Position numbers and translations under genes: made by a program. Shown piece by piece: positions 40,978 through 54,581 of a stretch of DNA of 64,000 bases; the first letter of the stretch is position 1, and the number at the start of each line of letters is the position of its first letter. A model generated the notes under the pieces. That model was given only the letters and a program-made list of their open reading frames with translations. It did no database searches and had not been told where the DNA came from. Source of the DNA: Eledone cirrhosa (taxonomy: Eukaryota); NCBI GenBank assembly GCA_964016885.1, contig OZ024748.1:9176001-9240000 (forward strand), given 5' to 3'.

Positions 40978-41825
40978 GTCGATGGTGGTGTGTACGGAGG
41001 TGGTCCTAGGGCCAAGGACAGTAGGAGTCTCCACTGCTACGGGGGTGCCGATGGTGGTAAGTACGGAGGTGGTCCTAGGGCCAAGGACAGTAGGAGTCTC
41101 CACTGCTACGGGGGTGCCGATGGTGGTAAGTACGGAGGTGGTCCTAGGGCCAAGGACAGTAGGAGTCTCCACTGCTACGGGGGTGCCGATGGTGGTGTGT
41201 ACGGAGATGGTCCTAGGGCCAAGGACAGTAGGAGTCTCCACTGCTACGGGGGTGCCGATGGTGGTAAGTATGGAGATGGTCCTAGGGCCAAGGACACTAG
41301 GAGTCTCCACTGCTACGGGGGTGCCGATGGTGGTAAGTACGGAGGTGGTCCTAGGGCCAAGGACAGTAGGAGTCTCCACTGCTACGGGGGTGCCGATGGT
41401 GGTGTGTACGGAGATGGTCCTAGGGCCAAGGACAGTAGGAGTCTCCACTGCTACGGGGGTGCCGATGGTGGTAAGTATGGAGATGGTCCTAGGGCCAAGG
41501 ACACTAGGAGTCTCCACTGCTACGGGGGTGCCGATGGTGGTGTGTACGGAGATGGTCCTAGGGCCAAGGACAGTAGGAGTCTCCACTGCTACGGGGGTGC
41601 CGATGGTGGTAAGTATGGAGATGGTCCTAGGGCCAAGGACACTAGGAGTCTCCACCCAAGGACACTAGGAGTCTCCACTGCTACGGGGGTGCCGATGGTG
41701 GTAAGTATGGAGATGGTCCTAGGGCCAAGGACAGTAGGAGTCTCCACTGCTACGGGGGTGCCGATGGTGGTGTGTACGGAGATGGTCCTAGGGCCAAGGA
41801 CACTAGGAGTCTCCACTGCTACGGG
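40978..41825. repeat. 69-bp minisatellite, ~12 copies, following a truncated SINE A head (40890-40947)
   Basis: gatggtggt..ggtcctagggccaaggacagtaggagtctccactgctacgggggtgcc with period 69; 23-bp slip near 41655. Confidence 0.95.
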
Positions 41826-43118
41826 CTCGACCGCAAACCTAAAATGAAATGCTGTAACAATCTATACTGAAGTTTGAAATGTAAATGTCTCGATAAATCG
41901 TAAGATTTGTCTACGTTTGTTTCTAACTTTTACAGAATTAAGTCTTCGCAGAATATTTTGTCTGTATTTTTCTCTGGTTGTCCAGCCGTCATTTTCATTG
42001 GGTGCACTCCTTGGGGCCGTGGAAGAGTGCACTGTTGGTGCCATATTCCATTCTCTTGGCACATTGCCAGTTTGAGTGAATTCACCTGATAGCCATGATA
42101 TCAAGTTGTTGAACTGTGGAAGATTTCAACGCAAATTTGGACCCGAATGAATGGTGGTTCTGTTGTTCTGAGATTTGAGAGAAACCCGAACTGGTGTGTG
42201 GAGGGAAATGGAGAGAAGGGAGGGAGATGGATAGAGAAGGGAGAGGAAGAGAAAGAGAAGACGTGATTGATTGAGAAAATGACGATGAGAAATAGAATGA
42301 GAGAGTGAGTGAAAGAGAGGGGGAAAGAGAGTAGAGAGGGTGAAGAGAGAGGAGAAAGATGAAAGATATTTGAGAGGGAGTATGGAGAGAGGGCAAAGAG
42401 AGAGGAGAAAGATGAGAGATGTTGGAGAGGGAGTATGGAGAGACAGAGAGGAGAAAGAGGAGAGATGTTGGAGAGGGAGTATGGAGAGACAGGGAGGAGA
42501 AAGAGGAGAGATATTGGAGAGGGAGAATGGAGAGAGAGAGGAGAAAGAGGAGAGATATTGGAGAGGGAGAATGGAGAGAGAGAGGAGAAAGGGCAGAGAC
42601 ATTGGAGAGGGAGAATGGAGAGAGAGAGGAGAAAGAGGAGAGATATTGGAGAGGGAAAATGGAGAGACAGAGAGGAGAAAGAGGAGAGACATTGGAGATA
42701 GAGGGAGTGTGGGGAGAGAGAGGAGAAAGAGCAAAGAGAGGAAGGGTGTAGAGAGAGGGGAGAAAAGGGAGAGGGAGGGAGGACATATTTGTTCTCGTAT
42801 CTTCATCTCTATTATTTATATAATATTCTATCTTTCCATCTCGATGTAAAAAAAATATCTTTCTTCAAGTTGTTTGAATTAACTTTTTTCACATTTTTCA
42901 TCATTGGTGCGGGCGCCATTGCAGCCGATATCTCAAAGGGACATATACACACATACACACACACACACATACACACACATACACATACACACATACACAC
43001 ACACAAATACACACACACACATACACACATACACACATACACACACACACATTCACACCCATTCACACACGCACACACCCATTCACACACACACACATAC
43101 ACATGAACACATAGATAC

Positions 43119-43151
<33 letters not shown>

Positions 43152-43156
43152 CCCGC

Positions 43157-43246
<90 letters not shown>

Positions 43247-43899
43247 GGACACACATATACATACGAACATATCACAGACACACTCACACATATATTACAT
43301 GTTCGTATATATACATACAGAGAAACTAACAGACACACACACATATACATACATTTCTACATACAAACATAAACAAACTGACACATACACACCTACATAC
43401 ACAAACATACACACACAAACTACAAAAGCAGGGGGAAATATTTTTAAAAATTTCGTTATGTATTTTTTAATCATTTTTTTGTTCCAAACCAGCAGACGAC
43501 TGAAAAACGAGTTAGCTGAGAGGAAAGAAGTTCCTTTTTTAAACTCTGTTTTCAATTCCTCTTTTTCCTTCGTATTTTTCTCACTTTTTAAAAACTTTTT
43601 TCTCTGTTTTTTTCTCCATTTGCTTTCTATATTTAGTAAATCGTATAAAATCTCATACATTACTTTTGTATTCGGCAATATTCTTTTTTGCGAGGAGGCT
43701 GACATTTTTTTTTTAATGATGGGGAACTGTTCCGGTTTTACTCCTTACCAAGTTTTATATGGAAATTTTATTCGTTAAATGCGCCGGCGCGTAAACATAT
43801 ACTATATTAATTAAAGTAGAAAAATATATATATCGCCATTGAATGATCATAGAGACGCATGATCGTTATATATTATATATCGATATATATATATAAAGG

Positions 43900-44200
43900 G
43901 TAAAGACTCCCTTCGGTTACGAATGACCATGGGATTTGCATCTAGAAAGTTCCCTCTGAGGCACAAGTCCTGGCAAGGTTGTTTGTAGAAGACCAGCAGT
44001 CGCCCATACTTACCAGTCTCCTCTGATGTTGTCCAAGAGGCTATAGCACCAGTGACGTCGCAACTCATTTCTCCAGCTGAGTAAACTGGAGCAATGTGAA
44101 ATAAAGTGTCTTGCTCAAGAACACAACGCATCAAACTCGCATCGAACTCACAACCTCTCGATTGCAAGCTCAACGTTCTAACAACTAAGACATACGCCTT
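43900..44200 (-). mobile_element. SINE family B variant with a different 3' tail (deleted relative at ~16140-16250)
   Basis: family B core plus gaccatgggatttgca(t/c)cta tail shared with 16158. Confidence 0.75.
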
Positions 44201-44314
44201 CATATACAGGGTGCAAATTGGCAGAGTTGTGGGAATGTAGGATAGAATGCTTTGCAGTATTCGTTTCAACTCTTTGATCTCTGAGTTCAAATCCCACCGA
44301 GGTTAACTTTGTCT

Positions 44315-44343
<29 letters not shown>

Positions 44344-44346
<3 letters not shown>

Positions 44347-44475
44347 AAACTTGGACGGGAACAAAAGCAGAGAGGCAGACAAATAAAGGTTTATTAGGTT
44401 CACGCTCTTGAGAGTGGGGGGGGCGTTTCGGGCATAAGCCCTTCTTCAGGAGAAAATTGGGTAGGAAGAGAGTTC

Positions 44476-44478
<3 letters not shown>
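44344..44478 (-). mobile_element. Penelope-like 3' fragment with degenerate hammerhead core, in (TA)n
   Basis: CTGAAGA-a-gggc(ttat)gccc-GAAACG then aataaa; no valid NUH triplet or stem I. Confidence 0.6.
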
Positions 44479-44513
<35 letters not shown>

Positions 44514-44565
44514 TTATTTATTTATGTATTTATTTATTTATTAAAATAACAGATTAAAGTTTAAT

Positions 44566-44660
44566 AGAGAAATGGCTTCTACAGGACTAGAACTGTTTCA
44601 TTCCACTAATGTATTGAGTACCTTACTTACTGTGATTGCCCACGATTGAACCCGGGACAC
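44566..44660 (+). mobile_element. family a element, collapsed copy
   Basis: ttctacaggactagaactgtttcatt joined to aatgtattgagtaccttacttactgtg, both shared with 60180-60405. Confidence 0.75.
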
Positions 44661-44697
44661 ACACAGACTCACACACATATATATATATATATACATA

Positions 44698-44788
44698 CAG
44701 GGTGTCCCCCAAAAATATATACACACAGTTATTAAAATACTGTTGAAATGTGTATACATTTTTTTTTTGGGGGGGGGACACCATTATG
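44698..44788. mobile_element. Tc1/mariner-type MITE
   Basis: ta|cagggtgtcccc ... gggggacacc. Confidence 0.7.
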
Positions 44789-44800
44789 TATATATAATCA

Positions 44801-44847
<47 letters not shown>

Positions 44848-45401
44848 ATGTGTGTGTATGTGTGTGTAGGAATCCCAACTAAGTGACCAGTTTATTTGGT
44901 ACACTGAATGTATACAAACTGAATTGTTCTAGTACTGAGTCAGGTAGGCGTGGACTGCAACACACACATATGTGTGTGGGGTGTGTGTGTATGTGTGTGT
45001 GTCTGTGTGTCTGTCAGTATCTCTCTATGTGTGTGTCTGTGTGTCAGTCTGTGTGTTTGTGTCAGTCTGTGTGTGTGTGTCAGTCTATGTGTGTGTGTGT
45101 GTCAGTCTGTGTGTGTGTGTTAGTCTGTGTGTTAGTCTGTGTGTGTTAGTCTGTGTGTGTTAGTCTGTGTGTGTTAGTCTGTGTGTGTGTGTGTTAGTCT
45201 GTGTGTGTGTGTGTGTTAGTCTGTGTGTGTGTGTGTATGCAAGGGAGTAACAGTTTTCAGCTTTTAATACATATATATATACAAACACACATACACATAT
45301 ATATATATATACACGCCAATATACATACAACCGTATATATATATATATATATACAAACAAACACACATACATATATATACGCGTGTATGTGTGTGTGTGT
45401 G

Positions 45402-45509
<108 letters not shown>

Positions 45510-45599
45510 ATTGGGAAGATTGACCCGCCGCCTTCTTTTAGTCAAGAAGGGGGGAGGGGGGTATCTGTTTTGTGGCCTTTGCGAAAGAGGTTCTATGGC

Positions 45600-45890
45600 C
45601 AGGGGCGGTGGAACTGGGGGAGCAGGAGAACCTCGCCCCCCCCCCCCTCCATCACTATACTTATCTCCACAAACTACCAACACACAACTATTTCTATATG
45701 TGCTACAATTTATGTACATGTTATTGTTATGTAGAGATAGATGGCAGCTATATAGAGAGGGGGAGAGTTTAGTGCTAATGAATAGAGGGAGAGGATTGAC
45801 AAAGATAGGTATTGATAGATATAGGGAGGGGGAGAATTTGTTGTTTTAGATATAGAGAGGGGGATTGGGAGAGATAAGTGTAGATATTTA
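45600..45890 (+). mobile_element. unclassified element (hAT-like 5' end caggggcgg) with internal gatatagagaggggg repeats; relatives at ~54243-54525 and ~22066-22239
   Basis: shared caaactaccaa..gctacaatttatgtacatgtta block followed by the same degenerate tandem units. Confidence 0.55.
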
Positions 45891-45992
45891 TAGAAATTTA
45901 GGACTGGAACTGTTTCATTCAAAAGAAATCATCATGATTTCCTTCGAATGAAACAGTTCTAGTCCTGTAGAAGCCATTTCTATATAAGATTT
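45890..45992. mobile_element. family a fold-back remnant with broken hammerhead core
   Basis: aggactggaactgtttcattc ... gaatgaaacagttctagtcctgtagaa inverted pair; CTGATGA truncated to atgatga/catga. Confidence 0.7.
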
Positions 45993-48095
45993 GTTATATA
46001 TATATATATATGTGTATAAAAACATGAGAAGAAAGAAGAATACTGCGTGGTTTGCACATGGGTTACATATGATAAAAATAGTCCTTCGTCAGTGATTTTC
46101 CAACCATCATTGGTATTTCATCGCATTGCAACAATTACGTCCCCTATATGCTACAGAGGCCAGAAGGTATGACCTACGGTGGTTGGAGTGGCAAGTGATC
46201 GATAGTGCAGCTGTGCAGCTCATATTATTGTCTCTTGCTACCCAACGACAGTTTCTTAACCGTGAAGAAAGAAAAGGATTAGTAATGTGGATGAAGTCAT
46301 CCGGTTGTGTGAAATGTCAAAACTAGTTTTAAAAATAATAAAAGTAAAAAATCTTAGAAGTTATCAGACTGAATCTAAATTAATTAATTGTTCATTTTTA
46401 ATGGTATAAAAGTCAGGTATAAAAGAGAGTGTAGGTGTCTATATAACCTCTGTACCCTTCCACACCCCACCCCGAGTAAACGACTATGAGGGAGTCACTA
46501 CATGGTCATTTAATGTGCTGGAAATAGCAGCAATATCTTACTGAAATCGTGCGCTTTAAATAAGGAGAGGGCACATTAGATAGCCGGACACACAGCTAAC
46601 TACATGAGATCTGAGACTAAATAACTTCTGTCGGTCTAACAGATGTTATGGAAGTACTACAACAATAACAACAGCCACTACTATTAGTCTAACAGATGCA
46701 GTACAACAATAACAACAGCCACTACTATTAGTCTAACAGATGCAGTACAACAATAACAACAGCCACTACTATTAGTCTAACAGTTGCAGTACAACAATAA
46801 CAACAACAACAAAATCAACAGCAACAATAACAACTACAACAACAACCACTATTGTTAGTCTTAACAGATGTTTCACTGGTCATCTTTAATATTCTTTAGT
46901 TTCCTACCCTGTTTAAAGAGACCCACCCACTTAAAGGAATGTAACATGGAATCCACCCTTTCCGAACAGAAACAAAAATAAATATATAATATTTCTTTTA
47001 TAATTTTGCTGACTTCACATATTTTGACAGCTTTTATAATTCGTCTTTTACTGAAAAGCTAGAGTCGGCAGGAATTTCAGTGTGTCTGATACGGTTTCGA
47101 TTCCTTGTTTTTCCTCATTTGCTCATTGTAGCTTTTAACTTCTGGTTGAAATATTGAGTCCTTCCACTGTTGATCGATGAGTTGATTGACTTCAATTTGA
47201 TGGTATTTCATCGCCACTGATCTCGCCTATATTCACACCTTCCGTGTGTCTTTACAATGGGGAATATTAGGGTGGAGATAATATTTCATTGTTGCAGGTG
47301 TCAGGGTTAGATCTAGATCTTGGGTGGCACTTCAGGTTAGGAGGGGGGGGGGGGGGGGCTCATACACAAAGAATTAGAATACACAGCAACCCCACCCCAT
47401 TGCTACCAGTAACGGCCGTAGTAATTTATTTGTGCCCTCAGCTGGGCTTTTTAGTTTTAGGATGGTTAGAGGTTTTGAATGTAATACCTGTATGTATAAC
47501 TTTTCAATTCCAAGGACTTGAACCAAGCTAACTGTGATATGTAAAATTGGGGGGTTTGCTGTGTTTTCTAAATATTTTGTGTGTGAGCCCCACCCCCCTC
47601 CAAACCTGAAGTCCCCCCCCCCCCCCAATCTAAATCCAGCTCCTGCAACTCAACATCGCCGCCACCCCGGTAATGAGGAACAGGATGGTGTGGAGAAATA
47701 TGCCTGTGGAGGCCAGATTGGAGAACATGTCACCCCGGTGGTTAGCAAGGAAGGACAGTCGGGATGGTCATTCCAGCTGTCCACCATTTCACAATCATAT
47801 CCAATGTCTTTCATTAGAAATATGGTAACAAAAGAGTTAATCTTTCTCACTTTCATCTGACATCATTCAAGTTAAATGTCTCTCTCTCCACCTCTCTCTC
47901 TCCACCGTCTCTCTCTCCTCTCTCTCTCCCTACCTCTCTCTCTCTCCACCGTCTCTCTCTCCTCTCTCTCTCCCTACCTCTCTCTCTCTCTCTACCTCTC
48001 TCTCTCCACCGTCTCTCTCTCTCTCTCTCTCTCTCACTACCTCTCTCTCTCCTCACCGTCTCTCTCTCTCTCCCTATCTCTCTCTCTCCCCACCG

Positions 48096-48126
<31 letters not shown>

Positions 48127-48426
48127 ACCATCTCTCTCTCTCTCTCTCCCTATCTCTCTCTCTCCCTATCTCTCTCTCTCTCTCTCTCCCTATCTCTCTC
48201 TCTCTCTCTCTCCCTATCTCTCTCTCTCTCTCCCTATCTCTCTCTCTCCCTATCTCTCTCTCTCCCCACCGTCTCTCTCTCTCTATCTCTCCCTATCTCT
48301 CTATATCTCTCTATCTCCCGTATATCTCCCGTATATCTCCCTCTCTCTCTAGTTCTCCATCTTATCTATTTTTGTTTCTTTCTCTTAGAATAACAAAGGT
48401 AGGTATTACTGTGCAATCTATAATCG

Positions 48427-48457
<31 letters not shown>

Positions 48458-48551
48458 GCAAAAATACACACACACACACACACACACATACACACACCCA
48501 CACATACACGTGTGTGTCTGTGCCCTCACCAGAGTGTATGTGCGTGTATGC

Positions 48552-48626
<75 letters not shown>

Positions 48627-48667
48627 CACTCACATATGCATACACGCACATAAATATATATATACAT

Positions 48668-48716
<49 letters not shown>

Positions 48717-49295
48717 TACACATGACACGCTTATAAATGGGGGATGTAGTACATATATATATATATATATATACATACATACATACATACATACATACAT
48801 ACATACATACATACATACATACATACATACATACATACATACATACATACATACATACATACATACATACATACATACATACATACATACATACATACAT
48901 AAGCGGCAACCTACCGACCTACTTTTAAACTCACTCCGTTATCGTCTGCAAACATCACTGTCATTTTTTTATCACTCCCTTCCTTCTGTGTTTCGCTAAT
49001 TTTTCTACTAAACTTCAATTTCCAGCCAGCAAACAATCGTTCTACCCGTCCTCTCCTTCCCCATTCCAATGTTACTTAATCAGTATCAAATAATAAAAAT
49101 GAAAAGGGAGGCGTTTCGTTTTTCGCCCCCTTGATCACATTGTTTTCTAGTGTTAACACACTTATGACAATAACATAACTATATTCCTATTTTCACATAT
49201 GTTTGTCTGTTGTAGAAAAGAAGAATTATGTGCAGAGACATATGCAAACAACTAGACGCATATAAATAAATAAATATATATATATATATATATAT

Positions 49296-49491
49296 AACGG
49301 AGGAAATGTGGTAAGGAACCAGGTGGACCATAACGCACCAAAGTAGTCAATACTTAGGGTAGTAGAGTGGGTAATAGGAACGAGTAGGACCCCGACGGCT
49401 GAGCTCAAGCCGTTTCGATGGCTAATTCTGGACTCAGAATTAGCCATCGAAACGGCTTGAGCTCAGCCGTCGGGGTCCTACTCGTTCCTAT
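49296..49491 (-). mobile_element. family P fold-back element with a perfect 57-bp-arm palindrome
   Basis: arms 49374-49430 and 49435-49491, loop gact; flanked by (TA)n. Confidence 0.85.
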
Positions 49492-50382
49492 ATATATATA
49501 TATATTTATATATTTATATATATACACACACACATCCACACATCCATATATATATTTAAATAAATATTTTCATCTAGTTGCAAGTTACATACTCTATTGA
49601 ATTGAAAGATAGGTAGCAATCTAACTATATATCTAGTTAGCTAGATGTATAGACAGGTGGATATATAGATAGATATAGGAATAGATAGATGTATAGATAG
49701 ATAAGTAGACTTATATTGAAGAATGGGTGACTCATCCTCTGTCATGCTGGGTGGTTTATTCGTCTATGTGACCCCTGGAGAGATATGTCGGCTGGTGTTT
49801 ATAATCACAGGGTGAGGTCATCATGTGGTGGTGGTGGTGGTGGTGGTGGTGGTGGTGGTGATGAAGGGGTCAGTAAGTAGCAGAAAAGACGCCAGCTCTG
49901 AAGCACAGACTGACCGACTGTCATTTACTCTCTGGTCAGTTATGGTCAGAGAGTGGTTGGTTGACATCTCAAGTTGTGAGCTTGATTGTAATGATGATGA
50001 TGATGATGATGATGATAAGGAGGAGGAGGAGGATTTATATGCTGTGGCTGTGTGGTTAGGTATTTCACCTCCAAACCATGTGATTCAAGGTTCAATCTCC
50101 CAGTGTGTCACCTTAGGCACCAGTCTTCTGTCTGATTAACCTGTCACTGACAGATAACAGATTCAGTGATATAATATTCACACACACACGAGAGGCTCGG
50201 CTAAAAAGTTCATAGGCTGACCAAGATGCCGGTAAAATATGTCCAATGATTCTTTACTGAGATATTCTAACCACATTTCGATAATATCGGAGCTGTGATC
50301 TCTCAATTCAGAGAAATAGCGGCTCTAACTGGAGTGACTCTCTGATCTCCAAACTACTCACTCAATCGAGTAACGTTACTCC

Positions 50383-50727
50383 AAAGTAAAGTGGGAAGTG
50401 TTTGTGGATAAGACAGTCAGGACCAGGTATGCGGATACTATTGCATCCAAATTCAGAGAAGTTCCTGAGGCAACTCGGGACGTTAAAATGGAATGGAAAC
50501 TGTTCAGCTTGGCAGTTTCAGCTTCAGCTGTTAAATGTTAGGGGCGAAAGAGGCTTGGTGTGGCACTGGGTGGCAAGAGGACCCCTTGGTTCAATCAAAA
50601 GGTCAAAGATTCCATCCGAACAAGAAAAGAGGCCTACAAAGCTTGGCTTGGAAATAAGTTCTCCTTCTAGCACTTGCGATACAAGCAGGGGCAAAAACTC
50701 GCTGCAGATCCAGTAAAGACGTCCAAA
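50383..50727 (+). mobile_element. RTE-clade LINE remnant (EN-RT linker)
   Basis: KVKWEVFVDKTVRTRYADTIASKFREVPEATRDVKMEWKLFSLAVSASAVKC*GRKRLGVALGGKRTPWFNQKVKDSIRTRKEAYKAWL. Confidence 0.8.
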
Positions 50728-50867
50728 GTTAAAAGGTGTCTTCTCGATTTTCTAAAATATCATTTATAATGATGGATTATAATTGTAATCACTTGCGTTG
50801 ACACGCGTACATTTCAGGTTTTCCGACTACTGTCTAAGTCAACCGTTACCAGTTTCCACTCTAAAAT

Positions 50868-51090
50868 TTCTTCTTTTTCTTCTTCTTCTTCTTCGCACAC
50901 TTATTTCTGAGAGTGCCGTGGGGGCAGAGTCCTTAAACACTCTTTCCAGAGGGTGCTGTCTGAAGCAACAGTCTCCAGCTGATCCGGCTGGATCCCCCAA
51001 ACTAGACCAGCCAGTTCATGGATGTTATCCAACCATCTTATCTTGCTCGGGGTGGGTGTACCCCCGGGTCTCCTGCCGGTAGGTTTTTGC
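50868..51090 (-). mobile_element. RTE-clade LINE 3' end with (GAA)n tail
   Basis: KPTGRRPGG..KIRWLDNIHELAGLVWGIQPDQLETVASDSTLWKECLRTLPPRHSQK* then gaagaagaag. Confidence 0.85.
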
Positions 51091-51629
51091 CCGTAAAATA
51101 AAATAGTTTACTAAAATATAAATAATATAAGAGTGTAAACTAATTTAATCCTAAATCTGTCGACAAAAAAATGTTGTCTACACGTAGGATAAATATAACG
51201 CCTTGGGCCTTACATCTGACGGCTGAGTCATCGCTAAAAGGACACACCCTTCATATATATAGTGCATCCCTTCAAACTTGTATGTTTTCTCCAGACAGAC
51301 AGATAGTGTAATGTAGTGTGTGTTCTTTATAAACGGTATTTGACCTACTCGCCTCTACTTCCACTCTATCTACTACACAGCCTCAACACAACACCGCTAA
51401 TAATTATACTACAACCTTACAAACTAACTCAAAATACTCCTGCACCCCCACACCTCCCCTCACCCCAGCTGTTTAACTAAATACTCATGTAACTTAGCAA
51501 CTTCCTACATGGGAGGGGAAATTTCCTTATACACACACACACATATACACGCACACGCACACACATATGATTACACATATGCGTATATATATATATATAT
51601 ATATATGACTGTGTGGGGGCGTGTGCGTG

Positions 51630-51694
<65 letters not shown>

Positions 51695-51767
51695 ATGTAT
51701 ATATGCGTATGTATGTATATATGTGTATGTATGTATATGTGTATATGTGTATATATGTATGTGTATA

Positions 51768-51811
<44 letters not shown>

Positions 51812-52727
51812 GGTGGGTGTATGCACAATGCTTGAAATTTAGAAAAAAAGACTTAGCCCTGTGGGGGGTGCAGGGACTGTGGTTTTTGCGGCCCCACCCA
51901 GTCTGTGTGTGTAAGTAATTATATGTATGTGTGTGCGTATGTGTGTATTATTCATAAATACATACATATATATGTATAGAGGTATGTTTGCAACTACCGT
52001 CATATTCATATATATATATAAATGTGACCCTCGGAGCAGACATCATAAAACTTCTTATCAGCATAAAGTGGAAACTATCATAGATTTCCTACAAGATTTA
52101 CAATCCTTTCATTGTAGCTGGAGAATGTTTCTTCAGCTGGATCCTAAAGTAGTAGAGTAAAGCACAGCAAACATACGACGGTCTGAGAGTTATATGAGAC
52201 ATGATAAAGTTGCTATACCTTCTCTGCTAGAACCTTATACAGACAGAGGTTTACTTAAGACTTAACCCTTTACATTTCTCTATATCTACTGTTGTATTTT
52301 CACGGTAAACACTTTATCTTACATAATTATCTCACATAATATCGAATTATGAGATTTTGATATTATTTATTTTGAAAACTATACTTTAACATAAGTATAA
52401 GCAGCCGGTTATGGCCAGTTTGAACAGAAAGAGGAGAGAGAATGCTGGTCGGATACGGCCGGTTTAAATGCTAAAGGGTTATGAGGTCCCACATTTTGAG
52501 ACACAAGCAAAATATTTTTAAAGGTAGCCACAAATGTATCTCCAACTGCATCAGGAATCACCTCTTATGTCACCTTACTTGTTTTAAAGAAGCCCCCTCT
52601 CCCCTCTCCCCTTTCTCTCTATCTCCCCTCTCTTCCCCCCTCTCTGTCGTTGGTTTCTATATAACAATTAATGCTAGGTGAAGGTAACTCCATTACTTAT
52701 AGACATCCCCGCCGCACATAGTATGTA

Positions 52728-52783
<56 letters not shown>

Positions 52784-53019
52784 CAGTATATGTTCTTCTG
52801 GTTTTATAATTTTACAAATGTTTATCAATAGAGTCGGTTTCTAACATAGACACAAGACTCTCTCACTGGAATTTACACAACATCAACTAGGTAGATATGC
52901 CTGCATGTCTGCATGCATAAGTGTGCAGGTATGGATGTTATTGTATGTGTGGATGTGGATGTTTTGAGTTATGTGTGTACATGTGTACATGGAGTTATTA
53001 GATACAGAATTTTTGGAAT

Positions 53020-53477
53020 GTATGTCTATATATCTATATGTATGTATGTCTATATGTCTATATATATGTATGTCTATATGCCTATATATATATATGTCGA
53101 TATGTATGTATGCCTATATGTCTATATGTATATCTATATCTATGTAGGCCTATATGTCTATATGTATGTCTATATGTATGTATGCCTATATGTCTATATG
53201 TATGTCTATATGTATGTAGGCCTATATGTCTATATGTCTATATATATGTATGTCTATATGCCTATATATATATATGTCGATATGTATGTATGCCTATATG
53301 TCTATATGTATATCTATATGTATGTAGGCCTATATGTCTATATGTCTATATGTATGTCGATATGTATGTATGCCTATATGTCTATATGTATATCTATATC
53401 TATGTAGGCCTATATGTCTATATGTATGTCTATATGTATGTATGCCTATATGTCTATATGTATGTCTATATGTATGT
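53020..53477. repeat. complex tatgtctata array with ~180-bp higher-order period
   Basis: lines starting 53101 and 53281 are nearly identical. Confidence 0.85.
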
Positions 53478-54139
53478 AAACACTTAGAATTCTCATGTTA
53501 TAAATAACAACAGAGAGTGCTGTAGTGTATAGTAAAGTAGCCATAATTTCATGTGTGAATGGATAATGGAATGAAATCTTTCTTGCTTCCAACATTGAAC
53601 CAATTCAATTAATCTCGTGCTAGAGAGAAGTAGTAGTTTAGAGCGGCGAAAATATACACTTATTTCGTCAGTAGTGGTCATTCTTGTTGAAGTGTAATCA
53701 AATGATAGAAGACAATAAAACAGTGGTGATCTTACTAGTGACAGAGAGTATATGGGAACTAGAGCGGCTATTGAATTAGAGACATATATTGTATTTATGG
53801 CTATATTCATAAAGATGAGGGCGCTCAGCTGTTTTAAACATCCTTTCAGATAAATTTATGAAAGATATATACTTGAGATATTGTTCTATTCTGGCTAATA
53901 ACACAATTTTCCTTCTATTTAGATGTACTCAATCTCCTCGGTTTTCTCACTAGCTTACCTGCTATGTGTATAACCTCAGGCGAAACATTTAACGAACCAC
54001 TCGATGAAAATAAAAATATTGCATTAAATAGGCAGGAAGTGGTAGCTGTGTCATCACACTTTACACAGTTTATATATGTTAATGTATAAACTGAACTGGT
54101 CAATATTCGTTAGTGTCGTCTGCAATATGATGAGGGATA

Positions 54140-54178
<39 letters not shown>

Positions 54179-54520
54179 CAAGAAAACAACAAACAGAGGT
54201 ACAAAAAGTGTTGTTAGTTTCACGCTTTATATCTCTATCTATCAGGGAAAGCCCCCCAATAATTATATTTTTCTCCCCAAACTACCAAAACACATCTATT
54301 TGTATATGCGCTACAATTTATGTACATGTTATGTAGAGATAGATGAGAGAGAGAGATATAGATATAGAGAGGGGGAGAGTTTGGTGGTAATTGATATAAT
54401 GAGGGGGTACTGGAAGAGAGTTTTGTGTAGCAGATATAGAGGGGGGGAGAGTTTGGTGGTAATTAATATAGAGAGGGGTATTGGAAGAGAGTTCCGTGTA
54501 GCAGATATAGAGAGGGGGGG

Positions 54521-54581
<61 letters not shown>

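Noticed and set aside
40945-40980. ggctcccacctgcgggtagcc as an HDV-like ribozyme P3/L3
   Set aside because: Forms a simple hairpin; P1, P1.1 and P2 cannot be assigned.
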